Source of the DNA: Lepidodermella squamata
Taxonomy: Eukaryota > Animalia > Gastrotricha
Reading direction: 5' to 3'
DNA length: 64,000 nt
Assembly (NCBI GenBank): GCA_047495785.1
Contig: JBLDXI010000004.1
Location: 1,984,001 to 2,048,000, forward strand
Shown: piece after piece, positions 62,891 through 64,000 of the stretch
Layout of the letters: the number at the start of each line of letters is the position of its first letter
Position numbering within the stretch: position 1 is the stretch's first letter
Notes under the pieces: generated by a model
Told to the model about the DNA's origin: nothing
Databases searched by the model: none
What the model saw: only the letters and a program-made list of their open reading frames with translations
Program-made: the position numbers and the translations under genes

Positions 62891-63493
62891 AAAGCGTTGA
62901 ATGCAACCGCACCACAGTGTGTGACTGAATTTGTGATCAGTGAATCACCCTACTCTTGTATCAAATGCGTGGGCAAAAATTGATCAATCAACAAACCAGC
63001 CTGATCTAATAAGTCATTAAGGCTCAAATACGTGATTTCTAACTTTTCTTTTTGCTCGTTGATGCTATTAAAACCAGGCTCTGTGCATGACGACTCTGTT
63101 TTCAATGTACGTGATTCCATATTCTTGGCTGAGCTAAGAATAATTTCAGCTAATTTCCGCGTGCTTCCATGCAAGGAAATTAACATTCAATGAAGAAAAC
63201 CGGAAATAACTCGGCGCAAGGTATTTCGATAATTTTGTTATTCCACCCGGTTTGATTTTCTACACAAGAAAACTACCAATCGATAGCGACATTGAGCTGG
63301 TGAATGGTTGTAGTCGATCGATTGCTAAAGTAAGCAAAGACAGCGGCGTCTAGTGGGCTGGCGTTAATTATTAATCGAAACTCTCCAAAGTGATTGCTTT
63401 GCAACGCATACTACACTTGGCGCCACTACGTAAGATGAAGTGATGGCAGGGGGCAGGGCAATTTTTTATACATACTGCTGATTAGAGTTAGCA

Positions 63494-64000
63494 ATGCCTT
63501 CAAAATGGTCGCTCTTGCGCCTTGTCTTCCTCAGTGCTGTCTTTCTCGAGCCATCGATGGCCCAGGATGAAGAGGCGAATATGCCGATGCTGAACAAGTA
63601 TTTGCCCCCAGGCGAGGCGTTTAAGCAGTCAATCACCGAACGCTGCAATTTGAAGACGAAAACGCGGCCATGCAGAGATTTCGATGAAGTTACAAATGTG
63701 ACAGTCGAATCTTTTCCATACCGTTTCAGTGGAATTTCCGACAAAGAGCAATCGTAAACAAAATTCTGCCTCGCAATAATACAAATTGAGCCATTTTTTC
63801 CTCACTTTAGGTATTCAATGATGATTGAGCTGGATTTCACGTGGCAACACCCGTGTGCTCAGTGGAGCGAGAGCGATACGAAGCTCAAATCGTTCGAGTT
63901 GATAGCAGTAGATTGCTGGTTCCCCAAAATTCAGCATATCAACGCAAATGACGATATTTCCAAGCTAACTACGTACATTTCAAAGTAGCTCGTATCGTCC
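63494..64000 (+). CDS. Cys-loop ligand-gated ion channel subunit 3 (5' part, truncated by the window edge)
   Basis: Exons 63494-63753 and 63811-63972 are closely similar to subunit 2 exons 1-2. Confidence 0.88.

Overview
This is eukaryotic (invertebrate animal) DNA with short GT-AG introns (about 48-65 nt) and heavy transposon load. The species cannot be determined from the sequence. The host genes form a duplicated cluster of three families. (1) Three minus-strand, 7-exon genes (14001-8837, 41012-36452, 61027-56787) each splice in frame into one ~790-820 aa protein: signal peptide, trypsin-like serine protease with intact triad, three sushi/CCP modules, then a C-terminal Cys-capped ankyrin-repeat domain with a constant framework, variable binding-face residues and 4, 5 or 6 internal repeats. 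This is the best candidate for an undescribed system: a secreted protease carrying a natural DARPin-like recognition module. (2) Three 2-exon orphan class-A-like 7TM receptors with divergent motifs, plus two decayed remnants. (3) Three non-alpha Cys-loop (nAChR-like) channel subunits with a very short M3-M4 loop; two share a near-identical pore-region tract that looks like gene conversion. Mobile DNA includes a dead MULE with a nested Helitron and MITE, a CR1-like LINE split by an 8.8-kb non-coding foldback palindrome and a hAT element, RTE/L2-like fragments, and many hAT, Tc1/mariner, piggyBac and MULE-type MITEs. All gene models were read by eye from splice signals and frame continuity; no database searches were run.
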